Of a DNA stretch of 53,298 nucleotides, positions 1 to 10,733 are shown piece by piece. Source of the DNA: Nitrososphaeraceae archaeon. GTDB lineage: Archaea; Thermoproteota; Nitrososphaeria; Nitrososphaerales; Nitrososphaeraceae. The stretch is taken from assembly GCA_035250975.1 (NCBI GenBank), contig DATFEP010000059.1, forward strand, positions 1 through 53,298, written 5' to 3'. The notes below the pieces were generated by a model. That model made no database searches, was not told the origin of the DNA, and worked only from the letters and a program-made list of their open reading frames with translations. Within the stretch, counting starts at the first letter, position 1. Each line of letters begins with the position of its first letter. Made by a program: the position numbers and the translations under genes.

Positions 1-622
1 TTTCATCCTCTGTTGTTCTAATTCTATCTCCTAATTTGAAAGGTCTAGATGATAATAACAATATTCCTGCTATTGCATTACTTATTGTATTTCTTGAAGA
101 AAAACCAATGATTGTACCAGCGGTTACACTTATTGCACCAGTAGCAACCCCACTAAGTGATGAAAATTGGAAAAGAATTATTGTAATCGTAATGACAATT
201 ATTACTAATTTTGTAATTGAATTAATTCCCTTTAATTGTCTTTTATCAAGGCCTAAAGAATCTGCAGCTCTTTTAATCAAGTGTTTTATCAAAAAGTATA
301 GAGATACTGCAACACCAATGCCTACGACTAATATAATAATATTATTCCAAAAGTTTTGAGATTCAATTTCAGGTGAGGAAGATGTCATATTTAATTTAAT
401 TGGTCTCTCTTCATGTTGATTAACTTCATCAATAGTAGCACTATCTTCACCAGTTTCACTTATTACTTCATCTTCATTTACCAAAATCTCCATTTCTTCT
501 TGTGCTATAACTGTTAAAGTTTCTAAAATAGAAAAACTAGTTATTGATAATAGAAGTAATAAAATAATAAAATCTAAAAAATAATATTGCTTTTGTAATC
601 TATTTTTGATTAACAAATACAT
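1..622 (-). CDS. mscS: Small-conductance mechanosensitive channel family protein, 5' part (runs off window start)
   Basis: Not in the ORF track. Manual translation from ATG at 622 is open to base 1: MYLLIKNRLQKQ...three hydrophobic segments...TAGTIIGFSSRNTISNAIAGILLLSSRPFKLGDRI, matching the MscS TM3 plus RPFxxGDxI motif. Confidence 0.8.
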   Translation of the reverse strand, partial: MYLLIKNRLQKQYYFLDFIILLLLLSITSFSILETLTVIAQEEMEILVNEDEVISETGEDSATIDEVNQHEERPIKLNMTSSSPEIESQNFWNNIIILVVGIGVAVSLYFLIKHLIKRAADSLGLDKRQLKGINSITKLVIIVITITIILFQFSSLSGVATGAISVTAGTIIGFSSRNTISNAIAGILLLSSRPFKLGDRIRTTEDE

Positions 623-765
623 ATAAACACTTAGAAATGGTTGTTATTATATTATAAAGAGGGGAAACTTTAGTCTCAAAGATTAGTAAGTTTCATATTC
701 TATTTTCTATACATAATTTATTATTATTCAAAATCCTTTCTTCTTTATGATAACAGTGACAATAT

Positions 766-789
766 CAAGTAACAAGTAACAAGTAACAA
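766..789. repeat. Short tandem repeat (CAAGTAA)x3
   Basis: caagtaa at 766, 773 and 780 plus a partial caa, just past the stop of the TPP-enzyme gene. Confidence 0.8.
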
Positions 790-793
790 TTAA

Positions 794-2500
794 TTAATCG
801 TTAAAGTCATCATTCAACAAAATTTGGTTTTTAGAATAATCTACATCAATAGCTATTATTACTGGGACAGATGTTGACTCTTTTGCTTTTTTCAGGATTT
901 TGGGAAATTCTTCAGTGGTTTTAACATAGTATCCAATGGCTCCAAAACTTTGAGCAAGTGTAACAAAGTTAGGATTAGTAAATCGAGTAAATACACTCTT
1001 TCCAAATTCATGAATTTGTTTTAAAGAGATCATACCAAAATCTGAGTCACACCAGACAATGACTATTATTGGTAACTGTAAACGAACAGCAGTTTCCAAT
1101 TCCTGAACATTCATTAAAAAGCCACCATCACCACACATGACAACAACTTTTTGATTAGGTCTGACAAGTTGCGCTGCAATAGCACCTGGAAGCGCAAAGC
1201 CCATGGAACAAAAACCATTAGTAATTAGACAGGTATTTGGATTAAAAGTTTCATAAGTTTTCGCTATCCACAATTTATGAGCTCCAACATCTGAGATAAC
1301 TATATCATTTTCATCTAACGCATTCCTTACATCAATGACTAATTTTGTGGGTTTTATTGGATAACCAAAATCACCTCTGAATTTTTCAATTCTCTCTGCA
1401 ATTTGTTTCTTAACTTTCATAAATAAATCTGGCATTTCAAAATATGGCATGTCTGTAGAATCTAGATTGTTGCTTTTGCTGTTGCTGATTTTTTTCTCTT
1501 TTTTTACTTTTATTTTTTTCTCAGTCAGTTCAAGTAAAATCGCATTTATCGTGTAACCGATATCTGCGACAATCTCAATGTCTGGAGGATAATATGTTTC
1601 CACTTCAGCTGGAGCAGAATCAATATGAATGATTTTCTTGTCTAAATTTCCATTCCAATTTTTTGGGCTATATTCTACTAGATCGTATCCTATCGAAATG
1701 ACCAAATCAGCTTCTTTCAATGCAATGAGGGCATGATCTGCATCCTTAATTCCAATTGTTTGCAGATGTCTTTCAGATTTATCTGAAATTACACCCTTTG
1801 CCATAAATGTGTTCATTGAAGATATCCCAGTTCTTTCTACGAACTTTCTTATGTATGAGCTAGCATTACCTCGTATACATCCATTTCCTATCAAAATGAT
1901 CGGCATTTTAGCACACGATATCATTTTAACTACGTTTTTTATCAAATCGTTATGTGGTCTTGATTTTGAGGTTCTATGGGGCTTTTTTATTGGTTTAATA
2001 TACGATTTCTCTTTGGCTACATCCTCAGGTAATTCTAGATGTACTGCTCCAGCTTTGTCCTCAATTGAAATTTTGAATGCCCTTCTTACTATCTCTGGAA
2101 TAACATCAGCATTATGGATTGACCATCTCCATTTTGTTATGGGCCTAAACATGGATACAACGTCCATATTTTGATGAGATTCTTTATGGCGTAGACTTGA
2201 ATCTGTTTGTCCTGTAATAGCCAATATAGGAGACCTATCCATATTTGCATTTGCCACACCTGTAATCAAGTTTGTTGCACCAGGACCCAACGTAGATAGA
2301 CATACTCCAACGTTTTGCGTCAGTCTACCATAAACATCAGCCATAAAAGCCGCTCCTTGTTCGTGTCTTACTAAGATAAACTTAATCTGTGAATTTAATA
2401 CCGAAAACATTAAATCGTTAGTTTCTTCGCCAGGCAAACCAAATATATACTCCACTCCTTCTGATTCTAAGCACCTTATGAATAGATCTGACGCCTTCAT
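794..2500 (-). CDS. Acetolactate synthase large-subunit-like thiamine diphosphate enzyme
   Basis: IFGLPGEE, RHEQGAAFMAD, TLGPGATN and the TPP-binding GDGGFLMN motif; 568 aa; no regulatory small subunit adjacent. Confidence 0.9.
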   Translation of the reverse strand: MKASDLFIRCLESEGVEYIFGLPGEETNDLMFSVLNSQIKFILVRHEQGAAFMADVYGRLTQNVGVCLSTLGPGATNLITGVANANMDRSPILAITGQTDSSLRHKESHQNMDVVSMFRPITKWRWSIHNADVIPEIVRRAFKISIEDKAGAVHLELPEDVAKEKSYIKPIKKPHRTSKSRPHNDLIKNVVKMISCAKMPIILIGNGCIRGNASSYIRKFVERTGISSMNTFMAKGVISDKSERHLQTIGIKDADHALIALKEADLVISIGYDLVEYSPKNWNGNLDKKIIHIDSAPAEVETYYPPDIEIVADIGYTINAILLELTEKKIKVKKEKKISNSKSNNLDSTDMPYFEMPDLFMKVKKQIAERIEKFRGDFGYPIKPTKLVIDVRNALDENDIVISDVGAHKLWIAKTYETFNPNTCLITNGFCSMGFALPGAIAAQLVRPNQKVVVMCGDGGFLMNVQELETAVRLQLPIIVIVWCDSDFGMISLKQIHEFGKSVFTRFTNPNFVTLAQSFGAIGYYVKTTEEFPKILKKAKESTSVPVIIAIDVDYSKNQILLNDDFND

Positions 2501-3001
2501 AATTACCTGATAATAATATTTAATAATATAGTATTTGATTATTTTATCGCATAATCAGCACCAGCTAACAAGCCGACCGTACAAATATGTGGTATTTGGT
2601 TGCTTTATAATTTTGAATATTCATTAATCATTTTACCTGCCCCCGGTCCATTCTTGCGTATCGAGAGATTTCGTTAATGCTAACAGAATTTATAAAAGTT
2701 GGCCAACCTTTAAGAACAAGAGAATTTCTAAAGAACTATCTCATTTATCCTAGACATAAGCATTTCAAGGGGGAATAATGTGATTATTCATCTTTTGGCG
2801 CTGCAACTGCTGTGATGTTGAGACCGTAAAAAAATGACTTTAATAATAGGATTTTAGTGAGATGTATTTTACAACAAATGTTGTCACGTAAAATCGTGGT
2901 TAGGGTCTCAGCAGCATATAATTTCCTAGTAAGAAGTGAAATAATACAAAAGTCAAGTGTATACTATATGTACTATAGTTTTTTATTTAATACTTAGATT
3001 T

Positions 3002-5458
3002 ATGATTGAAGATTATGAAAAATTAGGAGTTTTTTATATAGGTAAAAAGTATAATTTAGAGGCAAGAAAAAGGGAAGAATCATCATTAGTTTTGTATGAT
3101 TCTAAAGATTTGCTTACCCATGCTGTCTGCTTAGGTATGACTGGAAGTGGAAAAACTGGATTATGTACGGTTTTGCTTGAAGAAGCTATCATCGATGGTA
3201 TTCCATTGATAATAATTGATCCAAAAGGAGATATCCCTAATCTATTACTGAACTTTCCACAACTAACTGGAGAAAATTTCTTACCATGGATAAGTGAAGA
3301 AGATGCAAGGAAAAAAGGATTTACTTTAGATGAATATGCACATAGTCAAGCGGAAACATGGAGAAATGGGCTAACGGAGTGGGGACAGCAAGAAGAACGG
3401 ATACAACGTCTACGAAATGCAGCAAATTTTGTCATATATACTCCGGGTAGCAATGCAGGTATTCCAATTTCAATCCTAAAGTCATTTGCCGTACCACCAA
3501 AGGAAATAGTACAAGATTCTGAATTATTTAGGGAAACGATAACAAATACAGTAAATAGTTTGCTAACCTTGGCGGGAATACAAGCAAATCCATTAGAGGA
3601 TCGGGAACATATTCTTATTTCTACAATTTTAGACAAATTATGGAAAGAGGGGAAGGATCTCGATCTTGTTGGTCTAATAAATGCTATTCAAAATCCACCT
3701 ATGAACAAAGTCGGAGTTTTGGATATTGAATCTTTCTTTCCATCCAATGATAGATTCAATCTTGTCATGTCATTGAATAATCTAGTAGCATCGCCTAGTT
3801 TTTCCTCATGGATGGAAGGTGTGGATTTGAATATCGAAAAAATGTTGTACGACAAGACGGGAAAACCAAATGTCTCGATTTTCTCCATAGCACATTTAAA
3901 TGATAATGAACGTATGTTCTTTGTTACTTTACTTTTAAATCAGATTTTATACTGGGTTAGAACCCAATCTGGTACTACAAGTCTTAGGACCATCTTATAC
4001 ATGGACGAGATTTTTGGTTATTTACCGCCCGTGGCAAATCCTCCATCTAAACAACCATTCATTACGTTATTAAAACAGGCTCGAGCTTTTGGATTAGGTC
4101 TATTACTAGCTACACAAAATCCCGTAGATTTAGACTACAAGGGACTGTCTAACATAGGAACGTGGTTTATTGGACGACTGCAAACAGATAGAGACAAAGC
4201 AAGATTATTGGATGGTTTAGAGGGATCATCGCAAAATAGTAATAAAGAATTTGATAGGAAAAAAATAGAGCAAATAATTTCGAACCTAGAAAATAGGGTT
4301 TTTGTTATGAGCAATGCACATGAAGACGGTTTAGAAATCTTTCAAACCAGATGGGCATTATCATATTTACGAGGACCGCTTACGAGGGATCAAATTAAAA
4401 AACTAATGACCCAAGTAAAAGCATTACCTGACTTCTTGATGAATGGTACAAAATCGGGTGTAAAAGAAATTGTTTCCAAAAACACGATCAATAAAGATCA
4501 AATATCTAGCAACAATATTATCAATCATAATAGGAAACAACCTACGCTTCATCCTGAAATAACTCAATATTTTATTCCTGTCTCTCACATAGGAACAAAT
4601 AAAATGAGTGAATTTTATTATAGACCAGTAATACTGGGAGCTGCATCACTAAATTTCGTTAACTCCAAATTGGGCATAGATACAATAAAAGATTTAAAGG
4701 TTATTACACCAATTGTGGACGACCCAATTTCAGTTGATTGGAGGAATTCACAAGAAATAGATATAGACATAAAAAACCTCCAACAAAAACCTGAATTTGA
4801 AAATTTCACAGAATTACCTTCTATCGCATCAAAACCAGAAAAATATGATATTTGGAAAAAGGAGTTTATTGATTGGTTATATAGAAATCAAAAACTGAAC
4901 CTATTTAAATTTAAAAATTCGAAAGAAGTCTCGAAGCTTGGGGAGTCTGAAGGTAATTTTAGAAATAGAATTAGAACATTAATGAGAGAAAATAGAGACA
5001 ATATGATTGAAAAATTACGTCAAAAATATGCTCCCAAAATACGCAATTTGCAAGATAAAATTCAAAGAGCTCAATATGATGTTGAAATACAACAAGAACA
5101 AGCAAATCAACAAAAGATGCATACTGCTATTTCGTTCGGAAGTACATTGATTGGAGCATTTATGGGAAGAAAAGTTTCCAGATATTCTTCAGACAATGCT
5201 TCACGTGTAATGAGGGGAATAGCAAGAACTAGGAAAGAAAAGAAAGATATTGAAAGAGCTATTCAGACCAGAGAGTTATATGAACAACAGCTCGTAGATG
5301 TAGAGAATGATTTTAAAGCAGAGATTGCCGAATTAGATTATAAAATAAAGAATAATATCGAAGAATTAGAAACAATCGGTATCAAACTGCATAAGAAAGA
5401 TATTTCAGTTAAATTAATATCTCTTACATGGATCCCAACATTTGATAATACGGTCTGA
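3002..5458 (+). CDS. HerA/FtsK-superfamily P-loop ATPase (DUF87/DUF853-like) with C-terminal coiled coil
   Basis: Walker A GMTGSGKT, IIDPKGD, Walker B LYMDE, ARAFGLGLLLATQNP (HerA-type ATQ motif). ATG at 3002 preferred over the GTG at 2957. Confidence 0.85.
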   Translation: MIEDYEKLGVFYIGKKYNLEARKREESSLVLYDSKDLLTHAVCLGMTGSGKTGLCTVLLEEAIIDGIPLIIIDPKGDIPNLLLNFPQLTGENFLPWISEEDARKKGFTLDEYAHSQAETWRNGLTEWGQQEERIQRLRNAANFVIYTPGSNAGIPISILKSFAVPPKEIVQDSELFRETITNTVNSLLTLAGIQANPLEDREHILISTILDKLWKEGKDLDLVGLINAIQNPPMNKVGVLDIESFFPSNDRFNLVMSLNNLVASPSFSSWMEGVDLNIEKMLYDKTGKPNVSIFSIAHLNDNERMFFVTLLLNQILYWVRTQSGTTSLRTILYMDEIFGYLPPVANPPSKQPFITLLKQARAFGLGLLLATQNPVDLDYKGLSNIGTWFIGRLQTDRDKARLLDGLEGSSQNSNKEFDRKKIEQIISNLENRVFVMSNAHEDGLEIFQTRWALSYLRGPLTRDQIKKLMTQVKALPDFLMNGTKSGVKEIVSKNTINKDQISSNNIINHNRKQPTLHPEITQYFIPVSHIGTNKMSEFYYRPVILGAASLNFVNSKLGIDTIKDLKVITPIVDDPISVDWRNSQEIDIDIKNLQQKPEFENFTELPSIASKPEKYDIWKKEFIDWLYRNQKLNLFKFKNSKEVSKLGESEGNFRNRIRTLMRENRDNMIEKLRQKYAPKIRNLQDKIQRAQYDVEIQQEQANQQKMHTAISFGSTLIGAFMGRKVSRYSSDNASRVMRGIARTRKEKKDIERAIQTRELYEQQLVDVENDFKAEIAELDYKIKNNIEELETIGIKLHKKDISVKLISLTWIPTFDNTV

Positions 5459-5609
5459 CATTGATTTTCATTATTAGCATTTAATTCAGAAAAGCAAAGT
5501 AATGGATATGATGATTTAATATTTCCCTTAATATAGCACTGCTAGTATATAGGATTCATTTCTTTTAACGCAAAATTGTTATTATATATAGTCACATCAT
5601 CATAAATAA

Positions 5610-5960
5610 TAGAATCAAAGATTTGTATCCAATTATATCCATGTAATAGATTACAATCCCATGTTCCTTTTTGCATAGAATGACAGTGTACCTCCGTCTG
5701 AATATGAATATACACTATTTTCCATTCTTTACAAGAGATCTGATAATATGCTCAGCTACAAACATCTATCTCTCTTTTGAAATCCATATTCCAACTGCAG
5801 ATTTTTGAACATTGATGTCTAACAATTTCAATTATAGTTTCATATATGATGAATGCTGGTACTCTTTTTCTTTTCTTTTGAAAATGGGATATTCTGCAAA
5901 TCTTTGAATCCAATTACATACATACAACCATGTAACTTGCATTATATTCATTTTTTAATG
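5610..5960 (-). mobile_element. Degraded IS6-family (DDE) transposase remnant
   Basis: Broken minus-strand frames give WIQRFAEY, PAFIIYET, GIWISKER*MFVAEHIIRSLV, SDGGT and CNLLHGYNWIQIF, which align with the better-preserved copy at 25870-26215. Confidence 0.7.
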
Positions 5961-6131
5961 GTTCCAATGCTTTGGTTGTATTATGTAAACTAACACCAGG
6001 CACGTACAAATAAAAAAAGAATATATTACTACAATAAGAGATATTCTTTCTTCGTTGAATAATCTAATGATCAGCATGGATTAGAAATAAGACATTAACA
6101 GCTAAATCTATATTTTAACTTCACAATCCAT

Positions 6132-6845
6132 CTAATGCTTTAGTAAATTTAAAATTTTATTATTTATCCAAAATCTATTAGTTATAGAAATTTGAATCTT
6201 GTCAGCATTTTCTGTTTCTATCTCATAATCATTTTGAGTAAGAGGATCGACTTTTATATGTTGTCTACTTTTTTCATTTACGGAAGGAATCGATATTTTA
6301 ATAATTTTTGACTCTTTGTTCTTATCAGATAAATGGTCCGATATTGATATATCTAATTCATGTTCAAAATTAGGAGCTTTTGATAAAAAGTGAGATAGAT
6401 GCCAGTCAGAATTTGTTCCGAAAAGATAGTATTCAAGATTTTCAGGGTAATCAGGACTATTTTTATTCAATTGTTTAAATAACAATATTTTCTTTATATT
6501 TACTCTAGTTTCACTTATTGGATTACCCGCAGGATCACCATTTTTATTAGCAAAATGAATTGGTCCAAAAAATGAACTAGAATTAGCAAGTTCTTCTAAA
6601 ATCATTGGTGATTTGTTTAATACAATAATGGGTTTAGCAGGATTTTTATTTTTTATCTTAAGGTAATTCTTCATTGCAGGTCCTTCAATTTCAGCTTCTA
6701 ATATTGTTTGAAAGGAATGGGCCGCCATATGATACATTGGCAAATGACACAAGTATAAATTCTTTGTACCCAACATTAGAAAGCCATGGGTAGCAACAAG
6801 ATTTTCATGTGAATGATGAGACATTAATTCAATTAAAGATTCCAA
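6132..6845 (-). CDS. Hypothetical protein (His-containing N-terminal motif)
   Basis: 237-aa ORF with HGFLMLG..LYLCHLPMYHMAAHSFQ; probable ATG start at 6824; no family recognised. Confidence 0.7.
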   Translation of the reverse strand: MESLIELMSHHSHENLVATHGFLMLGTKNLYLCHLPMYHMAAHSFQTILEAEIEGPAMKNYLKIKNKNPAKPIIVLNKSPMILEELANSSSFFGPIHFANKNGDPAGNPISETRVNIKKILLFKQLNKNSPDYPENLEYYLFGTNSDWHLSHFLSKAPNFEHELDISISDHLSDKNKESKIIKISIPSVNEKSRQHIKVDPLTQNDYEIETENADKIQISITNRFWINNKILNLLKH

Positions 6846-7239
6846 TTATAAAATATTTTTGGTTTGTAAATTTGTATTCAAAACACAAATACAAAAAATA
6901 CATTCCACCAAAGACGGATGATCTATTTCTTTCAAATCTAATTTTCATAAAATGAATACAATGTTCTTAGCTATATCTTTTACTGCTTAAATTAACAGAG
7001 CCCAAAAATGTAGATAATTCTTGTATTCTTTTTTGGCCGTATTTAACTACTTAGATTTATAAAATCTTTATAAATGTCATTATCCAAAAAAATTTATCAG
7101 AAATCAAATATCAAGTCATTTCAGTCAAATGTATTACTTGTAATGTTAATGAAATCAAATCATGAAGAAAATTTTTCTTTTCTAGTATAATGTACAACAA
7201 AAATATTCATGAATATGAGCTAGTAAATTATATAAGTTA

Positions 7240-8310
7240 ATGAAACAGGAATGTAACAAAGACTTGCCCAAAGATGAATCGCATATTGATCTAGAAAGAT
7301 CCTTTATGTCCGATCAAGTACGCTATTTACTTGTTATATATTTTATCTTATTAATATCAATATCAATTATTCTTTTAGTCTTAATTTGGAATCCTGTACA
7401 AGGTTCATTAACTGCAGTCAATTTTACTAATAGAACTATAATTGAACCTGATGGTAATACTACTACAATAACAACTAAAAATAGTAGTTCAAGCTCAGAA
7501 ATTAAAGAAATTAAATCAGTTAGAATAACTGCAGATAATAAGACCATTAGAGACGTGAATATGACGATCAAACCACTAACAGGTCAAGCATTTAAGACAG
7601 ATCCTGAAATTGTATTTTCAAATCCAGAGGTAAGACTAGTGATATTCGCTTCATTTTTCGGAATAATAGGAGCATCGATTCATGGAATAGGATCATTGAC
7701 TGAATGGATGAGTACAAGGAAGTTAGAAAGTGGATGGGCGATTTGGTATTTAACACGTCCAGCAATAGGAGCAGCTCTTGCCCTTATAACGTATATACTA
7801 CTGAGAGCAGGATTTGTGACTGGTGGCCCTACAGCAATCAGCGATTTTGGAGTAGCTGGACTTAGTGCTCTAGTAGGTTTAATGACAGATGAAATGACTA
7901 AAAAGTTAAGGGATGTTTTTGATACCTTATTTGGTATCCAAAAACCGGCAGAAGAAAAAGGAGAAGAGAAAGTTAAAAAGAATCTCTCAAGTATTTCATT
8001 TGCTAAAGATCAAAACACTCAGATAAAGGTCAATGAAGAAATAGAATTGAAGGCTAATGTAACTGACATTGATGGAAAACCTGCAGCTCAATCTAAGGTA
8101 CATTTTGTAAACAGTGATACAGATACATTGGAATTTATTGGTGTTACAGATAAAGGTACTGCCGATGTAACTACTACTCATGCAGGTGTTGCAAGTATCA
8201 AAATTAAAGGTATAAAACCAGGTATGTCTACAATTACTGCTTCTCACAAGGTAGTAGCCGGTGAAGAAGAAAAAGAAACTACTAAGAACATTACAATAGA
8301 AGTTATTTAA
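7240..8310 (+). CDS. Multi-pass membrane protein with C-terminal Ig-like (Big_1-type) domain
   Basis: About four hydrophobic segments, including GIIGASIHGIGS and WAIWYLTRPAIGAALA; the C-terminus ELKANVTDIDGKPAAQSKVHF..TTTHAGVASI..GMSTITAS resembles a bacterial Ig-like fold. Confidence 0.7.
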   Translation: MKQECNKDLPKDESHIDLERSFMSDQVRYLLVIYFILLISISIILLVLIWNPVQGSLTAVNFTNRTIIEPDGNTTTITTKNSSSSSEIKEIKSVRITADNKTIRDVNMTIKPLTGQAFKTDPEIVFSNPEVRLVIFASFFGIIGASIHGIGSLTEWMSTRKLESGWAIWYLTRPAIGAALALITYILLRAGFVTGGPTAISDFGVAGLSALVGLMTDEMTKKLRDVFDTLFGIQKPAEEKGEEKVKKNLSSISFAKDQNTQIKVNEEIELKANVTDIDGKPAAQSKVHFVNSDTDTLEFIGVTDKGTADVTTTHAGVASIKIKGIKPGMSTITASHKVVAGEEEKETTKNITIEVI

Positions 8311-8792
8311 AAAATAATTATTATAGTTAATATCTCTGATTAAAAGGATAAATCGTTACAGGAAAGTTTATAGAATATAATACATTTTGTTTATAAAAAA
8401 TCAATCAATTCTTTGGTTCATTTAAATAGTCAAATAATAATATAAAATTAATTTCTAATATTTTAGACAATGAAAAAACTAAAGTTACAATATACTACAT
8501 TTTCAAATTAAACTGGTCCCACTTTATAGAAGGGTTCAAATCCCACAGATTTAGCTGAATAACAATATTAAACCCATTTGATATTAGCTGGTCCCATGTC
8601 CAATCCTTATAATATTTTGATTTGAGTAACGTATTCAATATGTCTATTTAAGTATTGAGTCTATTTATTCAAATGGAGTAAACAGCTATTATTCCTTCAC
8701 AATAAACCGAACTTAAATTCCTAAAAAAATGATAATTGTTATTTTAGTTTTTATAACTTAAGAGCTAGAAAAGTTACAAAAAAATGAAGTAA

Positions 8793-10733
8793 TTATTTCT
8801 GCTTTTCGAGAACTAGAATGAGATTTTCAATTAACGGTAGTACTTTTTGTTGTGCTTGAGGATCTGTTATTAGATCATCTGCTGCCAATCCACCTAGCCT
8901 AGAATCCATTTTAGCCTTTAATTCATTTAATTGTATTATAGCTTCGTCTAATTTATCTGATTGAAGTAAATTTGCTAGGCTATCTGTTTTATTTTGTGGA
9001 TCTAAGATTAAACTATCTTTTAGTTTTTGTGCTTCTTGTGGCTGGTTAAATGCAGTATTTGGAAGAGAATTGATAGTATAGCTTATGCCTCTCAATAATT
9101 CCATTCTATGTTGTCTGATATCTTCTACAGTTAACTCTTCTATGATCTCAGATTGATTAGCTATTTTGGTTGGAGTTAAAGTAGTAACATTTCCAATTGT
9201 TAACTCTTGTGTCGGAATAGATTGATTAGCAATATTATTAGTAGTATTCTGAATCAATGAAGAATATACTTCTGACGAATTAATTAATGTAGGGGAGACG
9301 AAAGGTCCCGCTGGAGTAGATATATACACCAATTTCATCCAATCATCAAAACCCGTATATATTTGGTCTGGAGTAGGAGGACAATTATCGAGATTATTGA
9401 TATCTGACCTAACTGTATCTAAAGTATCTCCATCTAAGTTCCAATCTATTGGGTTTCCAGATATACCAAATCCTATGATAGGTGATGGACCATACACTGT
9501 TCTTAATTCTAATGGAATACTGGCTCCGATTCCCTTACTCTCAACTAAATTGCCTTCAAATAGGTTAAAAAAGTTTAGATATCGCGAATAATCTAAAGGT
9601 CTATCTCCAATGTAACTTGAAAACTGTCTCGTATAACTCATAACACTCAAATAATTCGGTTTACAATTTGTATGCTCATATCCGCCATGACGTAGGTTGA
9701 AATTATGTCCTAATTCATGCATAAATGTTCCTGCTTGTTGGTCTAGACTACCTACCGTATGACCAGTCATAGGATCTGTTCCCCATCCGGGGGAACCTAA
9801 TGTAACTAGAAATTCCATTGCTCCAAAACCGTTTGATACACCCGATGAACTAGTACCCGGTTGACTATGAGCAAAAACTCCATAATGATATACCAGCTGT
9901 TTTGCTTTAAGAATATTAATACGATCAATATTTAACTTCTCTTCAAGAGTACCAAAATTTGAACTTTTTATAGCTACAAGATTTGCAAGATTGGTGGTAT
10001 CTTGATGTGAAATTGTTTCGTCCACATCGACATGCAGATTAATTCCATTAATACCATCGGGGTTTGATACTGGTGAATTAGCAAAACTATCTACAACATC
10101 GGCAATAGCTCTTTTCTGTGGTTCGTGAAGAGACATAAAATCGACTTCTACATAGATATCTTTATGAAGAGGATTGGCATCACGAAGAATAAAATCAATC
10201 TTATTGTCATTATTTACGTCAATTCCATTCTGTTCCCATTTATTTAATAACCTATCTCCATCTTCATCACCATCAGGACGTAGTACAATTTTTCTCTCTA
10301 TACATAAGATTGTATAGTCTACATCAATGATTTCTAATGCAGCTCTATGTTCAGAAGTTATTGACAGTCCTAAGAAATTTAAAATGTTCTTCTTAATATC
10401 AGATACTTGTCTAGGGTTATCTAATACCTTTATATCCATTTCTGTATTAAATGGCTGTTGTATTTTGTTCGCGACCTGTTGGTTTATTATTTTGAAAATT
10501 ATTTTGTCCCAATGTTTAGTAGCGTCGTAATTATCACAGACACCTATCTCATTTGTTGCAGGTTGGCCATAACTATATGAAATATAGGTACACATTACTA
10601 TTAAGAATGCTAATAAAAGGATAAAAAATGGTACTTCATAATTAAATGCAATAACAGTTATATTTATCATTTTTGATTGATATTTAGGTAGTATCAAGTT
10701 ATGGAAATGACAGAGATATGGTCTGGAATTCAA
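8793..10733 (-). CDS. Exported zinc-metalloprotease-like protein with Ca-binding DxDxDG motifs
   Basis: N-terminal hydrophobic segment (probable ATG at 10670), DGDEDGDRLLNKWE, DANPLHKDIYVEVD, zinc motif FMHELGHNFNLRHGG and downstream NYLSVMSY (Met-turn-like). Confidence 0.75.
   Translation of the reverse strand: MNSRPYLCHFHNLILPKYQSKMINITVIAFNYEVPFFILLLAFLIVMCTYISYSYGQPATNEIGVCDNYDATKHWDKIIFKIINQQVANKIQQPFNTEMDIKVLDNPRQVSDIKKNILNFLGLSITSEHRAALEIIDVDYTILCIERKIVLRPDGDEDGDRLLNKWEQNGIDVNNDNKIDFILRDANPLHKDIYVEVDFMSLHEPQKRAIADVVDSFANSPVSNPDGINGINLHVDVDETISHQDTTNLANLVAIKSSNFGTLEEKLNIDRINILKAKQLVYHYGVFAHSQPGTSSSGVSNGFGAMEFLVTLGSPGWGTDPMTGHTVGSLDQQAGTFMHELGHNFNLRHGGYEHTNCKPNYLSVMSYTRQFSSYIGDRPLDYSRYLNFFNLFEGNLVESKGIGASIPLELRTVYGPSPIIGFGISGNPIDWNLDGDTLDTVRSDINNLDNCPPTPDQIYTGFDDWMKLVYISTPAGPFVSPTLINSSEVYSSLIQNTTNNIANQSIPTQELTIGNVTTLTPTKIANQSEIIEELTVEDIRQHRMELLRGISYTINSLPNTAFNQPQEAQKLKDSLILDPQNKTDSLANLLQSDKLDEAIIQLNELKAKMDSRLGGLAADDLITDPQAQQKVLPLIENLILVLEKQK

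Noticed and set aside
8500-8560. Complete tRNA gene around GGGTTCAAATCCC
   Set aside because: Only a T-arm-like hairpin is present; the flanks cannot form D, anticodon or acceptor stems.
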